Positions 52,694-53,951 of a stretch of 53,951 bases of DNA are shown here, one piece after another; within the stretch, counting starts at the first letter, position 1, and every line of letters begins with the position of its first letter. The DNA comes from a virus. Taxonomy: Duplodnaviria; Caudoviricetes. The stretch is taken from IMG/VR virus record IMGVR_UViG_2228664021_000103, positions 1 through 53,951 of that record; one strand, 5' to 3'. The position numbers and the translations under genes were made by a program. A model generated the notes under the pieces. The model was not told the DNA's origin. It did no database searches and was given only the letters and a program-made list of their open reading frames with translations.

Positions 52694-53244
52694 CAAAGCT
52701 CAGCCCCAGACAGGAGGCATTTCTCCTGGAACTGGACCGAGAGGCCAAGGAGGCACGATCCTCCAGAGCCGAGATTGAGGCCGAGGTCAGGGCGGAAGTT
52801 CAGGCAAGGCAGGAGGCAAAGCTATTCAAGCTCTCGCTCCTGATGAACGAAGCCAGAGTCTCAGGAATTCCGACCACGAGGATTGGTCCCGCCATCGGGA
52901 CCAAAGACTACCGCACGGTCATGAGGATTATGAACATGGCCAGGGAGTCGTTTGATGCGGCAGTGGAGCAGTCGGCATCGGTGAATCTCGATGGTGTCTA
53001 TTCGCTCAACGATCAGGGCGAACTGGTAGTGTCCTATGATGAGCACGGGGCGAAAAGGATCACCGGCAAGGCTACGTTCGCCATTCTGGGGGCGGGTGAG
53101 TCTATGTTCCTGGCTTCCATCGATGCTCTGTGGAATACGGACTTCACGGTACGCAATGATGTTGTGGCCGAATTCGAGGCTGCATCCGGACCATACTACG
53201 AGGAGGCGATCGAATGGCTAAGGCAGAATATTCCATCCGAGTAG
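52690..53244 (+). CDS. hypothetical protein, possible HTH
   Basis: GAGGAGG SD; GIPTTRIGPAIGTKDYRTVMRIM. Confidence 0.7.
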   Translation: MTKLSPRQEAFLLELDREAKEARSSRAEIEAEVRAEVQARQEAKLFKLSLLMNEARVSGIPTTRIGPAIGTKDYRTVMRIMNMARESFDAAVEQSASVNLDGVYSLNDQGELVVSYDEHGAKRITGKATFAILGAGESMFLASIDALWNTDFTVRNDVVAEFEAASGPYYEEAIEWLRQNIPSE

Positions 53245-53256
53245 AGTGTCTAGGGC

Positions 53257-53352
53257 ACGTGACCCGGCAGTTGATGCCAGACTACCTGTCCGCTGTCAAA
53301 GTGGCTCAGGAGACCCATGGGGGGCTTGTGAGTGCCGTTCCACAGGTACGTG
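53257..53352 (+). ncRNA. candidate multibranch structured RNA
   Basis: CACGTGACC/GGTACGTG closing helix; inner GGCA/TGCC, CCTG/CAGG and CTTGTG/CACAGG stems. Confidence 0.4.
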
Positions 53353-53377
53353 AGGTAACAGAATGGAGGGACTTCGT

Positions 53378-53626
53378 ATGACCATTGATCGCAACGGTCT
53401 TAAGGCTGCGATTATTCAGAGCTTGACGGATTTGTATACCGGTCCACTGAGCGATACCCCATATGTGCGGGCCGAGATGGACGAGGATGAATATTCCCTC
53501 CTGTTGTTCCGCACGCAGGATGAGGGTGAGTGGGGCGAGGCATCTATCGACGTGGAGCAACTGGCGGGGGATATCTGCGCATATCTCTCCCTGTCTGCCG
53601 AGGTCGAGAAGGAAGTAGAACAGTGA
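53378..53626 (+). CDS. acidic hypothetical protein
   Basis: GGAGGG SD. Confidence 0.65.
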   Translation: MTIDRNGLKAAIIQSLTDLYTGPLSDTPYVRAEMDEDEYSLLLFRTQDEGEWGEASIDVEQLAGDICAYLSLSAEVEKEVEQ

Positions 53627-53928
53627 GGGACAAGACGCGAGAAGAATTGATCTCCCTATGTGAGCGGGGGGTTGTACCCGTTTCGCAGTGGCGCAACCGG
53701 GACTCTGCCGGGGCGCAGATTCAGCTAGGAGGGGCGAGCGTACTACTGAAGGCGGGTGCCGAGTTCCGCTCGGCAGGAGACCCCGCTGACACAGATCAAA
53801 CGATCTGGATCAGGATCACCTACCCCGGATTCGCTCATTTCGACTGGGACGGTAAGGAAGAGGATGACCTTTTCTACATCCCGACCGATGAGCGGCTGCG
53901 GGATCGAGCGGGAAAGGACTGGTACTGA
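53623..53928 (+). CDS. hypothetical protein
   Basis: GTGA overlap; stop overlaps ATG 53928. Confidence 0.65.
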   Translation: MRDKTREELISLCERGVVPVSQWRNRDSAGAQIQLGGASVLLKAGAEFRSAGDPADTDQTIWIRITYPGFAHFDWDGKEEDDLFYIPTDERLRDRAGKDWY

Positions 53929-53951
53929 TGAGTGAGCAGGAAGCACAAGCC

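Overview
The window looks like a complete, circularly opened 53,951-bp genome of a lytic, long-tailed dsDNA phage (siphovirus) of an actinobacterium. WhiB, an LAxTG sortase signal and an M23 endolysin point to Actinomycetota; a Microbacteriaceae/Micrococcales host is my inference. The last 24 nt join in frame with position 1 to complete one gene. Layout: (i) + strand replication/recombination/nucleotide genes at 1-14.2 kb (SF2 helicase, WhiB, ERF, PD-(D/E)xK exonuclease, SSB, SPFH, primase-helicase, 5'-nucleotidase, dATP/dGTP diphosphohydrolase, RuvC-like); (ii) - strand packaging, virion and lysis genes at 14.2-39.8 kb; (iii) a repeat-rich divergence point at about 39.9-40.4 kb (probable genome end or pac region); (iv) + strand small early genes at 40.4-54 kb, with an AT-rich origin-like element and an amidoligase + class II glutamine amidotransferase pair. 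I recognise no DNA polymerase, integrase, repressor or CRISPR array. The most unusual content is a set of apparent structured non-coding RNAs: a 117-nt tRNA mimic with no normal anticodon arm, four acceptor-stem-like junctions ending in AC(A/T)A, a rod-shaped sRNA displaying the 16S anti-Shine-Dalgarno sequence, and several other multibranch elements. Also notable are a sortase-anchored surface protein, a 27-aa CxxC peptide resembling a ribonucleotide-reductase tail, and two tandem tail-tube paralogues. All calls come from reading motifs and folding by eye; no database searches or folding programs were run.
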